This document shows positions 39,066 through 49,645 of a DNA stretch of 64,000 nucleotides, in pieces. The stretch lies in IMG/VR virus record IMGVR_UViG_3300031344_000002, positions 62,001 through 126,000 of that record; one strand, written 5' to 3'. How positions within the stretch are numbered: the first letter of the stretch is position 1; the number at the start of each line of letters is the position of its first letter. The position numbers and the translations under genes are program-made. The notes beneath the pieces were generated by a model, which was not told the origin of the DNA, ran no database searches, and worked only from the letters and a program-made list of their open reading frames with translations.

Positions 39066-39977
39066 GTGGGCGTAGGTACGTTTGGTATAACAAGAGCTTC
39101 TGATGTAAGTATCGATGATATTGATATTTATTATAATTATACACCTGATAGAGAAACATTAAATAATGACATATTTAAATTAAATGCATCAGAATTATTA
39201 ACATATAATTATTTACCGAGTGATGGTAGCGACCCGAATTATATCAATGGTGATGAAAATTTATTGGAAGGATTATATAATTTAAGATTACCTGCATCAG
39301 TATTTACTAGTTTAGGAATATATACATTATATATAAGACCAAAAAATGCAATAACAACAATTATCGATTGTAGTGTATTATCTTCATTACCAAGTGTAAG
39401 AGGAATTGTGCTTGATGGTAATCAATTACCTTCAAGTATGATAGCAAATAATGCATTACAAGGATATCGAATTGAATATATCGATGCAACAACCAATAAT
39501 AAAATAAGAAATGTTGTTCGTTATGTAGTAACTTCAAATAAAGTAGTTCCTGTTAGTGAAAATATTGGAAATACTAGTCAAAAAGCTATTAGATATCGTT
39601 TTGATGATAGCGGTACTTTATTATTTTTACAATTAACTCCAAGTAGTTCTTCAGATGTTAAACCAAATATTTCGCCATTTATTGGTAATCCAAATCAAAC
39701 AATTATTATTTCAAATACATTTTTTTCACCACTTGTAATTGAAGTTGATTTAGTCGCTAATACAATTGATACTCTTTCTGATATTGTTGCTGGTGAACAA
39801 ATTAAAGATGTTCAAAACGGAATATTAACATATTATGATTCAAATAGAGTAATTACAAAACAATTTGATGTTTACGAAATAAAAAATGATGTTGGTAATA
39901 CTCCTCTATTTGAAGTAAAAGAAAAACGTGTAAACCTAGACACATCCGAAGATTTCGATACAATTACAAATTTTTAA
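39066..39977 (+). CDS. Structural protein of the baseplate region
   Basis: G.FG..R.SDV..DDI.IYY...LEGLYNLRLP...F...GIYT.YIRP; located among structural genes. Confidence 0.55.
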   Translation: MGVGTFGITRASDVSIDDIDIYYNYTPDRETLNNDIFKLNASELLTYNYLPSDGSDPNYINGDENLLEGLYNLRLPASVFTSLGIYTLYIRPKNAITTIIDCSVLSSLPSVRGIVLDGNQLPSSMIANNALQGYRIEYIDATTNNKIRNVVRYVVTSNKVVPVSENIGNTSQKAIRYRFDDSGTLLFLQLTPSSSSDVKPNISPFIGNPNQTIIISNTFFSPLVIEVDLVANTIDTLSDIVAGEQIKDVQNGILTYYDSNRVITKQFDVYEIKNDVGNTPLFEVKEKRVNLDTSEDFDTITNF

Positions 39978-40037
39978 TTATTTTCGTGTATTTATTTCAA
40001 AAATCCCAATCTAAAATAAAAACTTATTTGGTTCGGA

Positions 40038-40047
40038 ACTATTTATA
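40038..40047 (+). promoter_or_regulatory. Putative late promoter motif ACTATTTATA
   Basis: 16 nt upstream of GTG 40064. Confidence 0.55.
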
Positions 40048-40063
40048 TTAAATTATAAAGTCT

Positions 40064-43000
40064 GTGGCAAAAATAAAAGTAATAAACACAAATCTCGACC
40101 AAAATTTAAATGGAACTTTTTTTAATGATGCTCCTTCAAAAACAATATTTACGTTTGGGAGTTTTAATGTTACATCTAATTTTGATGGTAAATTAACCAT
40201 AGACTATACCAATACTCTTAGTTCATTTGTTCGTCCTGTTACATTAGAAACAATGGGAATTTCAGATGTTCAGTCTCAAATATTACAAACAAATACAATA
40301 AATGCAGTATTAAATTTAGATAAGTCTGATTTAAATACATTTGTTAGATTTGGTTCTGCTTATGAATTTCTAAGAGTATCAATACAAAATATTATTCTTG
40401 CATATCCGGGAAGTCTTTTTGCGGATTCTCAAAAAGTTCGTGGTGGTAATATAACATTTTCGGGTTATTCATATAATGTAACAGCAAATACTGCAACATT
40501 TTATATACCAACAGCATTTACAACAAATATTTTTGGATTGATTTTTAATTCTGGAAATACAAATGTGTCAAATGATAATCAAATAACAAATTTAAATATT
40601 TCATACAATAATTATGTTGTATGGTTATCAATTGCTCCTGAATCCTTTTACCCAATAGTTGGGTTTACTGGAAATACTGTAGATAGTATTTATACTCTTT
40701 CAAAATATTATTTAAAAGTACAGGTCACTGGTGACCCATTTTCTTTATATACTGATGGTACTAGTCATACAGGTAATATTGATTTTCACGTAAAACCAAA
40801 TAATATAATTTTTGAAGAATATCGAGCATTACTTAGTGATTATGAAAAATATATTGTATCTGAAAGAAGTGGTACAAATGGATTTCAATTTGCATTAAAA
40901 GACCCAACATTACTTGATAATGGGTCTATTATATATTCGGATGCAATAATGCTTTGGACAACATCTGATAAATATAATATTGATATAAACACCTCCAATT
41001 ATCAAAAATTTTTAGAAATTGTATTAACAATTGGTGCAAAATATGATGCAATTAAAACTGATTTAATTGCAAGATTTTTAACACCTGCTTCATTAAAAAC
41101 ATATGACCAAACAGAAAATGGTAAAGTAACCAAACTATTAAGAATCTATGGTAGAGAATTTGACCAATTAAGGCAATTTATTGATTCTTTGGTTTATATT
41201 AATAAAGTTACTTATGATAAATTAAATAATATTCCAGACCAATTAGTAAGTAATATGGCAAGGACATTTGGATGGAATTATTTTTCATTGGTTAATGAAA
41301 GTGAATTAGTTCAAAGTATTTTAACTATTAATGATATAGAAAGAAATTTAAATGAAGATTTATTACCAGCAGAAATTGATATAGAATTGTGGAGAAGAAT
41401 ATTAAATAATACAAATTATTTTTGGAAATCAAAAGGAACTCGTGAAGCAATAAAATCAATATTTTTATTAATTGGTATACCTGAACCATTTATTAATATT
41501 ACAGAATATGTCTATACTGTCGATGGTAAAATTAATCCAAATAGCGTTCAAATAGCTCAACAAGATTTTCCTTCAAATTCATTACCTTATGATACAAATG
41601 GTTATCCAGTTGCACCATTAGAAACAAATGATTTTTATTTTCAAGTTTCAGGTGATACAGATGGTGGTCAGGCTTATCTTAATGTATTTCGAACAGCAGG
41701 ATTTAATCTTTCGGCAACGGTTGATAATAGAAAATCATGGATACAAACAGGTGCAACAACAAGAATTGATAATACAACGCCACAATATTATCAAGAAGAT
41801 AGTAAACTTGTGATTAATACAAAAGAAGTAGATATTGCGCTTGATACAGCACGTGGTATTGAATATGATGTTTATGATTATATTAAAAATGTAGATTTTC
41901 CGGCAAATAATAGTGGATATACATTACCATATTCATATGTTAACATATCGTTAGATTATACGGGAACTCAAAATACATTTCAACTTCCAACACCATATGA
42001 TAAAACTCAAGGTGATTTAGAAGTTCGTTTTAATGGTATTTTATTAAATGCGCCAAAAACTGGTAGTACTAGTAATATTGTAACTCGTGCGGATTATAGT
42101 GTTTCTGGAAATAGTTTTACTATTTTAAATGGTAATTATGCAACTAATTCAAATAATCGTAGAGATGTTATTGAGGCAACATTTATTTACAGTGGTGGAA
42201 CACGACCTGTTACTGGAATTACAATTCAATATATTGTAACACGTATTAGACCACAATTTCCATATACATATATTCCATTACCAAGTCTTCCACGTGGTGA
42301 TGTTCAAGTAACAATAAATGGTATTGCACTAACAAAAGGTACATCACAATTTACTGCAGATTATATCGTTGACCCAAACAATACAACAGGTCATAGTCAA
42401 ATTATTTTACAAAATACAGATGTAATATCATTTTTGGCAATTAATCCAGAAGTACAAGTAGCATATGTCGAAGTTTATGGTAGTAATGATATTAATGCAA
42501 GAAGTGAAGTTGTAAGAATTGATAGTTTTAATAATAGTAAAATATATTTTAATTCTAGTGCAAATAAATATGTTTATAAATTAAATTATAAGGCAAATAA
42601 AGCATCAGATATTAAATTTTTGGTTGATGGTATTGCATTAGAGCCATATAGAGATTATGATATTAATATAATGAATCCATATGAAATATTTTTACCAAAT
42701 GGTCTTAAATATGGAAATGTTCTTAGTGTTTATTATCTTGTTGGTGGAAACGCTGTATTTACACCAGTTGTTTCAGATAGTTTTGGAATTGGTGATATAA
42801 GTAAATTATCATTTTTGGAATTTATTGTATTAATTCAAAAAAAGATGATTAATGCAAGAAATAGAAAAACAATATCGGATTTTAATGGTGGCTGGTATCC
42901 TACATTATTAAGAATTTATGAAATGTATATGCAAAGAAGTACATTATCAACTGGCAATACTTTACATTCAAATGGATATACATTTGAAAATTTATATCCA

Positions 43001-43738
43001 TTTTTAAATAAATATAATGCATTTTTTCAAAGATTTGTAGACCAATTATTATCAGCCACAATTATATTAAAAAATGGTGGTTTATTAATTCGTAATACTG
43101 TATTCACAAAACAAAAATTTACATATAAGAGAGGTGTAAATGTCTCTCCATCTGGAACTACATATCATTATAGTCCAGAACCACCACATAATTATGGGGA
43201 AATTCCACCTATTGGTATTGGTAATTTAACAAGTAGAGGAACATTACAATATTTGGGTGATGATGGTGCAATGTTTGTTATAAAACAAACTCCAGAACCA
43301 TCAGCAAGTGATTTATATATAGAAACTAATGCAGGTACTGCTGGAATTGGTTCTATGGTAAATATTGGTGGTAAAAATATTAATGGATTAGATATTATAA
43401 CTGAATATGGTGTGTCGTATAAAAAATCAACAGTTCCAACATGGTCAAAATGTAATATATTAGGTACACCTTCAGATACATCATTTAGTATTACATTAAA
43501 TAATTTAGCTGAAGGTACTATATATAATTATAATGCGTATGTTCATTCACATAGTCTTGGAAATACTGGTAATACATTATCATTAAAAACATTAACGACA
43601 CCAGCACCAGTACCACCATCAGGTAGAACAAGACAAAATACATCAAGTTCTTCAACAGTAATTTGTGGTACTGGTGGATATGCTATTCAATGTTATCCTA
43701 ATATTCAATGGTATGGAATGCAATATAGACCGAAATAA
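40064..43738 (+). CDS. Large baseplate/tail protein (P2 gpI/T4 gp7-like wedge domain) with C-terminal FN3 domains
   Basis: WRRILNN..YFWKSKGTREAI..IF..IGIP (tail protein I-like). FN3 signature ITEYGVSY..W..L..GT.YNYNAY. Ends in the first half of another FN3. Confidence 0.7.
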   Translation: MAKIKVINTNLDQNLNGTFFNDAPSKTIFTFGSFNVTSNFDGKLTIDYTNTLSSFVRPVTLETMGISDVQSQILQTNTINAVLNLDKSDLNTFVRFGSAYEFLRVSIQNIILAYPGSLFADSQKVRGGNITFSGYSYNVTANTATFYIPTAFTTNIFGLIFNSGNTNVSNDNQITNLNISYNNYVVWLSIAPESFYPIVGFTGNTVDSIYTLSKYYLKVQVTGDPFSLYTDGTSHTGNIDFHVKPNNIIFEEYRALLSDYEKYIVSERSGTNGFQFALKDPTLLDNGSIIYSDAIMLWTTSDKYNIDINTSNYQKFLEIVLTIGAKYDAIKTDLIARFLTPASLKTYDQTENGKVTKLLRIYGREFDQLRQFIDSLVYINKVTYDKLNNIPDQLVSNMARTFGWNYFSLVNESELVQSILTINDIERNLNEDLLPAEIDIELWRRILNNTNYFWKSKGTREAIKSIFLLIGIPEPFINITEYVYTVDGKINPNSVQIAQQDFPSNSLPYDTNGYPVAPLETNDFYFQVSGDTDGGQAYLNVFRTAGFNLSATVDNRKSWIQTGATTRIDNTTPQYYQEDSKLVINTKEVDIALDTARGIEYDVYDYIKNVDFPANNSGYTLPYSYVNISLDYTGTQNTFQLPTPYDKTQGDLEVRFNGILLNAPKTGSTSNIVTRADYSVSGNSFTILNGNYATNSNNRRDVIEATFIYSGGTRPVTGITIQYIVTRIRPQFPYTYIPLPSLPRGDVQVTINGIALTKGTSQFTADYIVDPNNTTGHSQIILQNTDVISFLAINPEVQVAYVEVYGSNDINARSEVVRIDSFNNSKIYFNSSANKYVYKLNYKANKASDIKFLVDGIALEPYRDYDINIMNPYEIFLPNGLKYGNVLSVYYLVGGNAVFTPVVSDSFGIGDISKLSFLEFIVLIQKKMINARNRKTISDFNGGWYPTLLRIYEMYMQRSTLSTGNTLHSNGYTFENLYPFLNKYNAFFQRFVDQLLSATIILKNGGLLIRNTVFTKQKFTYKRGVNVSPSGTTYHYSPEPPHNYGEIPPIGIGNLTSRGTLQYLGDDGAMFVIKQTPEPSASDLYIETNAGTAGIGSMVNIGGKNINGLDIITEYGVSYKKSTVPTWSKCNILGTPSDTSFSITLNNLAEGTIYNYNAYVHSHSLGNTGNTLSLKTLTTPAPVPPSGRTRQNTSSSSTVICGTGGYAIQCYPNIQWYGMQYRPK

Positions 43739-43750
43739 ATTATGAAAATA

Positions 43751-43760
43751 AGTATTTATA
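43751..43760 (+). promoter_or_regulatory. Putative late promoter motif AGTATTTATA inside the 36-nt in-frame spacer
   Basis: 14 nt upstream of ATG 43775. Confidence 0.6.
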
Positions 43761-43774
43761 AAAAATAATATAAA

Positions 43775-44731
43775 ATGCCAACACCTACTTGGACAACAAC
43801 GACATTGACGGCAGGACCTCTTGCAAGTAATTCATATACAATGGCAATTCCAAATTTGTCTGCTAATACTAAATATGAATATAGGGCATATTTTATTGTT
43901 AATGGTATTGCATATTATGGAAATACACTTACTGGTAGTACATTACCAGTACCACCTGTTTCACCAACAGTATGTACTGGTGTTGTTGGCACAGTATTGT
44001 CAACAAAATTTCCAATAAACAATAATAAAGTATGTACCATAGGTAGTTCACCAATTAATGAATACGGAATATTATATACACAACTTAGTTCTTGGGGAAC
44101 GAATTGTAATTTAATTTATTCTAATTCCAGTTGTTCCGCACTTGTAAAAATAAATTCAACATGTTCTACAATTGGAGCAGGAAGTTGTTTTTGTAATTGT
44201 GCTTGTCATCTTTCTCCAAATACTATGACATATTATCGAGCATTTGTAAAAAATAGCGCAGGTCTTGGATATGGTGTTATTAAATGTCAACAAACAGCAC
44301 CGCCATCACAAATTAATTTATGTATGTTTGCTTCAAATGGTGGTGATGGTACAACAATTAGTTCTAAATGTGCTTGTTTTTATTCAACACCAGTAATGAC
44401 AGCAGGTGAATGTTATTGTGTTACATTAAATATTGATTTACATAATAGTTATACTTCTGCTGGTTCATATTCGTCAATTTCTGTCGTTAGATATCCAATT
44501 GGTACTTGTTTAAGTTGTTGTATATCAGGAGGACAAGATTGTTATACTGGTTCATTAAGTTTTCCATTTTGTGCTGGTGATTTATATTGTATAACAGCAA
44601 CTGCAGCAATTCCAACAACAGCATGTGCGAATATAAACACATCATCGATTTTTATTGGCGGAATTACTAATATAGTTGGTGGATATGCAAAAGGTACAAC
44701 ATGTACATGTATTTGTGCTGTAACTGGTTAA
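43775..44731 (+). CDS. FN3-containing, Cys-rich tail-associated protein (begins mid-FN3)
   Basis: PTW...L..NTKYEYRAY, then INEYGILY...L.PNT..YYRAF, then a Cys-rich C-terminal domain. Confidence 0.6.
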   Translation: MPTPTWTTTTLTAGPLASNSYTMAIPNLSANTKYEYRAYFIVNGIAYYGNTLTGSTLPVPPVSPTVCTGVVGTVLSTKFPINNNKVCTIGSSPINEYGILYTQLSSWGTNCNLIYSNSSCSALVKINSTCSTIGAGSCFCNCACHLSPNTMTYYRAFVKNSAGLGYGVIKCQQTAPPSQINLCMFASNGGDGTTISSKCACFYSTPVMTAGECYCVTLNIDLHNSYTSAGSYSSISVVRYPIGTCLSCCISGGQDCYTGSLSFPFCAGDLYCITATAAIPTTACANINTSSIFIGGITNIVGGYAKGTTCTCICAVTG

Positions 44732-44757
44732 TAAAAGAAATTAAAATAATTTATTAT

Positions 44758-44767
44758 AGTATTTATA
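44758..44767 (+). promoter_or_regulatory. Putative late promoter motif AGTATTTATA
   Basis: 19 nt upstream of ATG 44787. Confidence 0.65.
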
Positions 44768-44786
44768 AAATATATATTAAAATTAA

Positions 44787-46115
44787 ATGGCATTTATTGA
44801 AAAAAAAGACCCTGTTGTTATAAACATAAAATTAACATCAAAAGGTAGAGAATTATTATCTCAAGGTAATTTAAATTTTAAATATTATACAATTGGCGAT
44901 AGTGAAATAGATTATGCATATACAGATGCAGTTAATACTATTTCCACCAACTATACTGAATTTAATACGAATATATTAAAACCAGTAGATAAGAATCCAA
45001 ATCCATTAAGTTTTATTCCAAGAAATTTAAGCGGTGACCCATATAATGTAATATCAACCATACCTGTTACATCATATAGTGTTGAAAATCATATTGATTC
45101 TATAGGATTTTTTACAAATAGTGGCAATACTTTTATTGTTGATAGTAATCATGTGAAACAACCAGATGCAATGATTCAAGTAAATACTATTACTGGTGGT
45201 ACAAAACTTACATTATTAAAAGCACCAACATATGGTACAAGCGGAAATGAACCTCAATCTGGTGATTCATTATTTATAAGGTGGACACATAGTAATAGTA
45301 CCACAGGAAATAGTTATAATGTTAATAAAAATTATCCAACTCCTAATTTATGGTATAAAATTACCAATAAATTTTCAGGTTCTTTAGCAAGCGGTAATGT
45401 TTCAATTGGTGTTGATAGGGAATTACCAAATTTTAGTACATTAGGACTTTCTTCAACAGTTAAAGCAAGTGCAATGATTTATTATAATACTATTAATTAT
45501 AGTGGTAATACTATGGCAAATATGTCACCAACAGAATATCTTGATGAAAGTGTTTTATCTTTTTTACAGAATAGTCAATGTCCAACAATAATATTTCCTT
45601 TTTGGAATATGTCAATTATATTTACAGAAGAAATTGCGGGAGTACAAGCAGCAAACTTAAAATATACCCAATTTAAAAATAAAGCGTTTGGTAGTTTTGT
45701 ATCATATATTCAAAATCAATCACCCATTTATAAAAAATTGGGCGTTATTCATTATACAAATTCATCACCAGCAAATGTTTATGGGGAAGGATTTTTATTA
45801 AAATCAACTATATTAGAAATTCCCACAATAATGTGGCATAAATCAACAGGAACTAAAATGGGACTTACATTAATACCATATTCAATTGATGGTAGTCCAA
45901 TGTATCTGACAGGTTCATCAAATGTTAATTATGGATTAGGAACTCCATATTATTATCTTATTGATGTTAATGATACAACATTAACACCATATTCTGTTGG
46001 TAAAGTGTTTCCTGAATTAAAAATATTCGTTATAGAAGACCAAGAATTATTATTTGCAATGTCATATAAATCAAATAGGTCTTGGACTCTTCCTAATTAT
46101 ACAATTAATACTTAA
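44787..46115 (+). CDS. Tail/baseplate fibre-attachment-like protein
   Basis: KLTSKGRELL..G...F.Y..IGDSE N-terminus resembles tail-collar/fibre N-termini. Confidence 0.5.
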   Translation: MAFIEKKDPVVINIKLTSKGRELLSQGNLNFKYYTIGDSEIDYAYTDAVNTISTNYTEFNTNILKPVDKNPNPLSFIPRNLSGDPYNVISTIPVTSYSVENHIDSIGFFTNSGNTFIVDSNHVKQPDAMIQVNTITGGTKLTLLKAPTYGTSGNEPQSGDSLFIRWTHSNSTTGNSYNVNKNYPTPNLWYKITNKFSGSLASGNVSIGVDRELPNFSTLGLSSTVKASAMIYYNTINYSGNTMANMSPTEYLDESVLSFLQNSQCPTIIFPFWNMSIIFTEEIAGVQAANLKYTQFKNKAFGSFVSYIQNQSPIYKKLGVIHYTNSSPANVYGEGFLLKSTILEIPTIMWHKSTGTKMGLTLIPYSIDGSPMYLTGSSNVNYGLGTPYYYLIDVNDTTLTPYSVGKVFPELKIFVIEDQELLFAMSYKSNRSWTLPNYTINT

Positions 46116-46121
46116 AATAAT

Positions 46122-46847
46122 ATGGCATCAACTTATACAATTTACGCAACATATGCATTAGTTCCAACCGGAAATACATCAGCATATAAACAAGCAATTC
46201 ATTGTAATTATATTAATAATATACAACTTGTTACCACCAATATTAATATCGAAGAACTTCGTATTAATTTTGTAAATAGTGGTGATTTTAAATTCTTAAG
46301 TAGTGCAACAACAAGTGGAATTGGATATACCGTACATAGAATATATGTAATATTTCAAAGAATTTTAAATCAACCCGGACAACCAATACCTCAACCAGTA
46401 TCAACAAAATGGAAATATTTAGATGTCACAGACCAAATAATTGGACATCACATTCCATTAACAGCAAACGATTTAACAAGTATTGTTTTTAAAATACCTT
46501 TCATAAATTATACACTATATCCAACATATAATTTAAATTATCTTAATTATCCTTCAGTAAGTCAAACAAGTCAATTATGTTTTGGTGATGAAGAATATTT
46601 TTTTGGAAATGTAACTACTGACATTAAAGCAGATGTTTATACTACAGATATGTCAATTAATGTGGATTTAAATGAATTTAATTCAAGTACTAATTTATCT
46701 TGGGAAGGTGGTTTTTCAAAAGTTTATATTAGTGAAGTTGCGTTATATGATAGTAATAAAAATTTAGTTGCTATTGGTAAATTGAATAACCCTGTGCCAA
46801 AAGATGAAACAATTTCCAGAACACTTCTTTTTGCATATGATTTTTAA
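46122..46847 (+). CDS. Tail/baseplate fibre-attachment-like protein
   Basis: C-terminal ISEVALYD..KNLVAIGKL..P..K motif typical of tail-collar/fibre N-terminal modules. Confidence 0.55.
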   Translation: MASTYTIYATYALVPTGNTSAYKQAIHCNYINNIQLVTTNINIEELRINFVNSGDFKFLSSATTSGIGYTVHRIYVIFQRILNQPGQPIPQPVSTKWKYLDVTDQIIGHHIPLTANDLTSIVFKIPFINYTLYPTYNLNYLNYPSVSQTSQLCFGDEEYFFGNVTTDIKADVYTTDMSINVDLNEFNSSTNLSWEGGFSKVYISEVALYDSNKNLVAIGKLNNPVPKDETISRTLLFAYDF

Positions 46848-46884
46848 AATAATCATAAAATTTTATATTTTTTTATAGTTTCTT

Positions 46885-46893
46885 AGTATTTAT
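46885..46893 (+). promoter_or_regulatory. Putative late promoter motif AGTATTTAT
   Basis: 8 nt upstream of ATG 46902; an alternative ATG lies at 46926. Confidence 0.5.
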
Positions 46894-46901
46894 TATAAAT
46901 T

Positions 46902-47135
46902 ATGGATAAAATTTATAATAAAAACATGAAAGATTTACTTACACTTAATGATTCAAAACCAAAATCTATTATAATCGAAGGTGATTTACATAATAGATTT
47001 AAGTTATTATGTAAAGGAAAAAGTTTAAAAATTGGTGGTGTTATTGAAGACTTAATACAACTATATTTAGATAATCCTAAAGCAATTCAAAAAATGATTG
47101 ATGAATTTAAAGAAAAACAATTAAAATACGTATAA
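46902..47135 (+). CDS. Ribbon-helix-helix-like DNA-binding protein
   Basis: KSIIIEGDLHNRFKLLC...IGGVIEDLIQLYL strand-helix-helix pattern. Confidence 0.55.
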   Translation: MDKIYNKNMKDLLTLNDSKPKSIIIEGDLHNRFKLLCKGKSLKIGGVIEDLIQLYLDNPKAIQKMIDEFKEKQLKYV

Positions 47136-47152
47136 TATATAAAGACACTATT

Positions 47153-47764
47153 ATGGAAAAATACATTTGGTCGTTAGATATTTCTACAACTAACATAGGT
47201 AGTGCTCTTTGGAGTGATAAAGGAAAACTTATTGAGCTTAAACATCTTGAATTAAAAACCGATAAAAATATTCCTATTGAAATTAGAGATATTCATAAAG
47301 CAGAAATTTTTAGAAAATATGTAAATGAATATAAAGAACGTATATTACATGAACTTAATGGTGAAATAATACATATTATTGTAGAAGAACCACTTGGTGG
47401 AAGTAATAATGCAAATACTGTATCATTACTATATGGATTCAATGGCATTTGTAGATATATTTTATTTATTGTATTTGGTTTATATCCTAAAAAAATAAGT
47501 GTATATGATTCACGTAAAATATTTTGTTCAGAATTTGTACATACTAAGAAAAGAAAAGGCGAAATTGTTGAAGAACTTTCATTTCCACTTGAATATCGTG
47601 ATAAAAAAAAGTTGTATATCTGGGAAAAAGTTTCTAAATTAGAACCCCAAATTGAATGGTTTTACAAAAAAGATAGTAAAGAACCAAAAGATATGTGTTT
47701 TGACTTAAGTGATTCATATGCGGTAGGTTACGCTGGTTTAAAAAAATTGGGTATTATTAAATGA
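47153..47764 (+). CDS. RuvC-like Holliday junction resolvase
   Basis: SLDISTTNIG, IIVEEP and DLSDSYAVG acidic catalytic motifs. Confidence 0.75.
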   Translation: MEKYIWSLDISTTNIGSALWSDKGKLIELKHLELKTDKNIPIEIRDIHKAEIFRKYVNEYKERILHELNGEIIHIIVEEPLGGSNNANTVSLLYGFNGICRYILFIVFGLYPKKISVYDSRKIFCSEFVHTKKRKGEIVEELSFPLEYRDKKKLYIWEKVSKLEPQIEWFYKKDSKEPKDMCFDLSDSYAVGYAGLKKLGIIK

Positions 47765-48069
47765 AATATATATATTTAATACAATCATTAGAAAATAGTC
47801 ATTATAAAATTGGAGTATCTAAGCATCCTAATAAACGTCTAAAAGAATTGCAAACGGGAAACTCTTCTGAATTAAAATTAATTAATACATATAAATCAGA
47901 ATTTGCACATCAAATTGAAAGAACATTACAACGAAGATATTCACATTTAAAAAAAGAAGGTGAATGGTTCGATATGTCAATAATTAATGAAGTTATATTC
48001 AATAATGAATGTAGGAAAATTGAAGAAAATTTAATTTTTTTGAAAAAAAGTGGGAATGTATTTATATAA
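47761..48069 (+). CDS. GIY-YIG/T5orf172-like protein
   Basis: YIYLI...YKIGVS..P.KRL.ELQTGN...E..L...Y...K.EGEWF. Confidence 0.8.
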   Translation: MKYIYLIQSLENSHYKIGVSKHPNKRLKELQTGNSSELKLINTYKSEFAHQIERTLQRRYSHLKKEGEWFDMSIINEVIFNNECRKIEENLIFLKKSGNVFI

Positions 48070-48125
48070 AATTTAATACATAATATGCAAAAAAATTAAA
48101 AAATGAACTCGGATTATTATAAACT

Positions 48126-48157
48126 CTTGCATTATCTATAAATTTGTATTAAGTTTG
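48126..48157 (+). promoter_or_regulatory. Bacteroidota-type host sigma70 promoter
   Basis: cTTG at 48126-48129, 20-nt spacer, TAAGTTTG at 48150-48157. Confidence 0.6.
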
Positions 48158-48191
48158 ACGAAAATATAATTTTTATCTAAAATATTATAAT

Positions 48192-49628
48192 ATGAAAAGA
48201 GAAAGAATAGAAAAAGCAATTGAAGTTATAAATTATGCAATCAAAAATCAAATATCAGTTAAAGAAGCCTCAGTTAAATGCGGATATTCTGATACTTATA
48301 TAAAAAATATTAAAGCAATTGTATATGATGATTATGAAAATGGAATTCTTGAAGATGAATTATTCACATTATTTAATGATGCATATGAAGAATATAAACC
48401 TACAAATAAAGAATTTTCTGAAACCAATAATGAAAAACCAATCGACCTTCCATCCACACTTGACGGGGAAAAAATAAAATTTACTGCTAGTGGAAATGAA
48501 GCTGAAGCAGAATGGTTAAGTGGTTCAAATTATCCAGCAGACCATGTGAAAACACTTGAACAATTACTTGAAATATGTGAAGTAGATTTAAAACTTTGGA
48601 AAGTAAAAGATTTTTTGGTTAATAAATGGGATGTTTCAATGAAGGTTATGGATATTCCACAAACAATTCAAAATTTTCAAGTAAAAGCACGTCTTGAAAA
48701 AGATATTCAATATAGTGATTCAAAAGATATTCAAGAAATTTTTGCTGATATGGCACGTACTTATCAACCTCCTGTTCTTGATTGGACACCAATAAAACCT
48801 TCAAAAGGTAAAGAAAATAATTTGCTTGAAATATCAATATTTGATTTACATATAGGTAAACTTGCATGGGGTGGAGAAACTGGTGAAAATTATGATACAA
48901 AAATAGCACGTGAGAGATTTTTAATTTCAATTGAAAAACTTTTACATAGAGCAAGTGGATTTGAATTTTCACGTATTTTATTTCCAGTTGGAAATGATTT
49001 TTTTAATAGTGATACAATATTTAATACAACTACAAAAGGAACACAACAAGATGAAGACCTTAGATGGCAAAAAACATTTAATGTTGGTGTAAAATTACTT
49101 ATTGATGGAATCCATATGTTAAAACAAACAGGTGTTCCTGTAGATGTGATTGTAATTCCCGGTAATCATGATTTTGAACGTAGTTTTTATATGGGAAAAT
49201 ATTTAGAAGCATGGTTTAATAATGACCCACAAGTAAGTATAAATTGTGGTGCATCACCAAGAAAATATTATCATTTTGGTAATTTATTGCTTGGATTAAC
49301 TCATGGTAGTGAAGAAAAAGAAAGTTCGCTACCAATGCTTATGGCTACTGATATTGAATCAAAGCCAATGTGGAGTGAAACTAAATTTCATGAATGGCAT
49401 TTAGCACATATACATCGAAAAAGAAATGTAAAATATGAAATAAATAAAAGTAGAGAATTAAATGAAGACCTTGGTGTAACCATAAGATATCTTTCAAGTC
49501 TCACAGGTACAGAAGAATGGCATCATAAAAAAGGTTTTGTAGGTAGCATAAAAGCAGCAGATGCATTTATTTGGAATGATATATTTGGATTGGTTGCTAT
49601 ATTAAATACAAATATTATTTTAGAATAA
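48192..49628 (+). CDS. Calcineurin-like metallophosphoesterase with N-terminal HTH
   Basis: DLHIG, GNDFFN, PGNHD, THG and HIH motifs. Confidence 0.75.
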   Translation: MKRERIEKAIEVINYAIKNQISVKEASVKCGYSDTYIKNIKAIVYDDYENGILEDELFTLFNDAYEEYKPTNKEFSETNNEKPIDLPSTLDGEKIKFTASGNEAEAEWLSGSNYPADHVKTLEQLLEICEVDLKLWKVKDFLVNKWDVSMKVMDIPQTIQNFQVKARLEKDIQYSDSKDIQEIFADMARTYQPPVLDWTPIKPSKGKENNLLEISIFDLHIGKLAWGGETGENYDTKIARERFLISIEKLLHRASGFEFSRILFPVGNDFFNSDTIFNTTTKGTQQDEDLRWQKTFNVGVKLLIDGIHMLKQTGVPVDVIVIPGNHDFERSFYMGKYLEAWFNNDPQVSINCGASPRKYYHFGNLLLGLTHGSEEKESSLPMLMATDIESKPMWSETKFHEWHLAHIHRKRNVKYEINKSRELNEDLGVTIRYLSSLTGTEEWHHKKGFVGSIKAADAFIWNDIFGLVAILNTNIILE

Positions 49629-49645
49629 ATTAATAATTAAATGAT

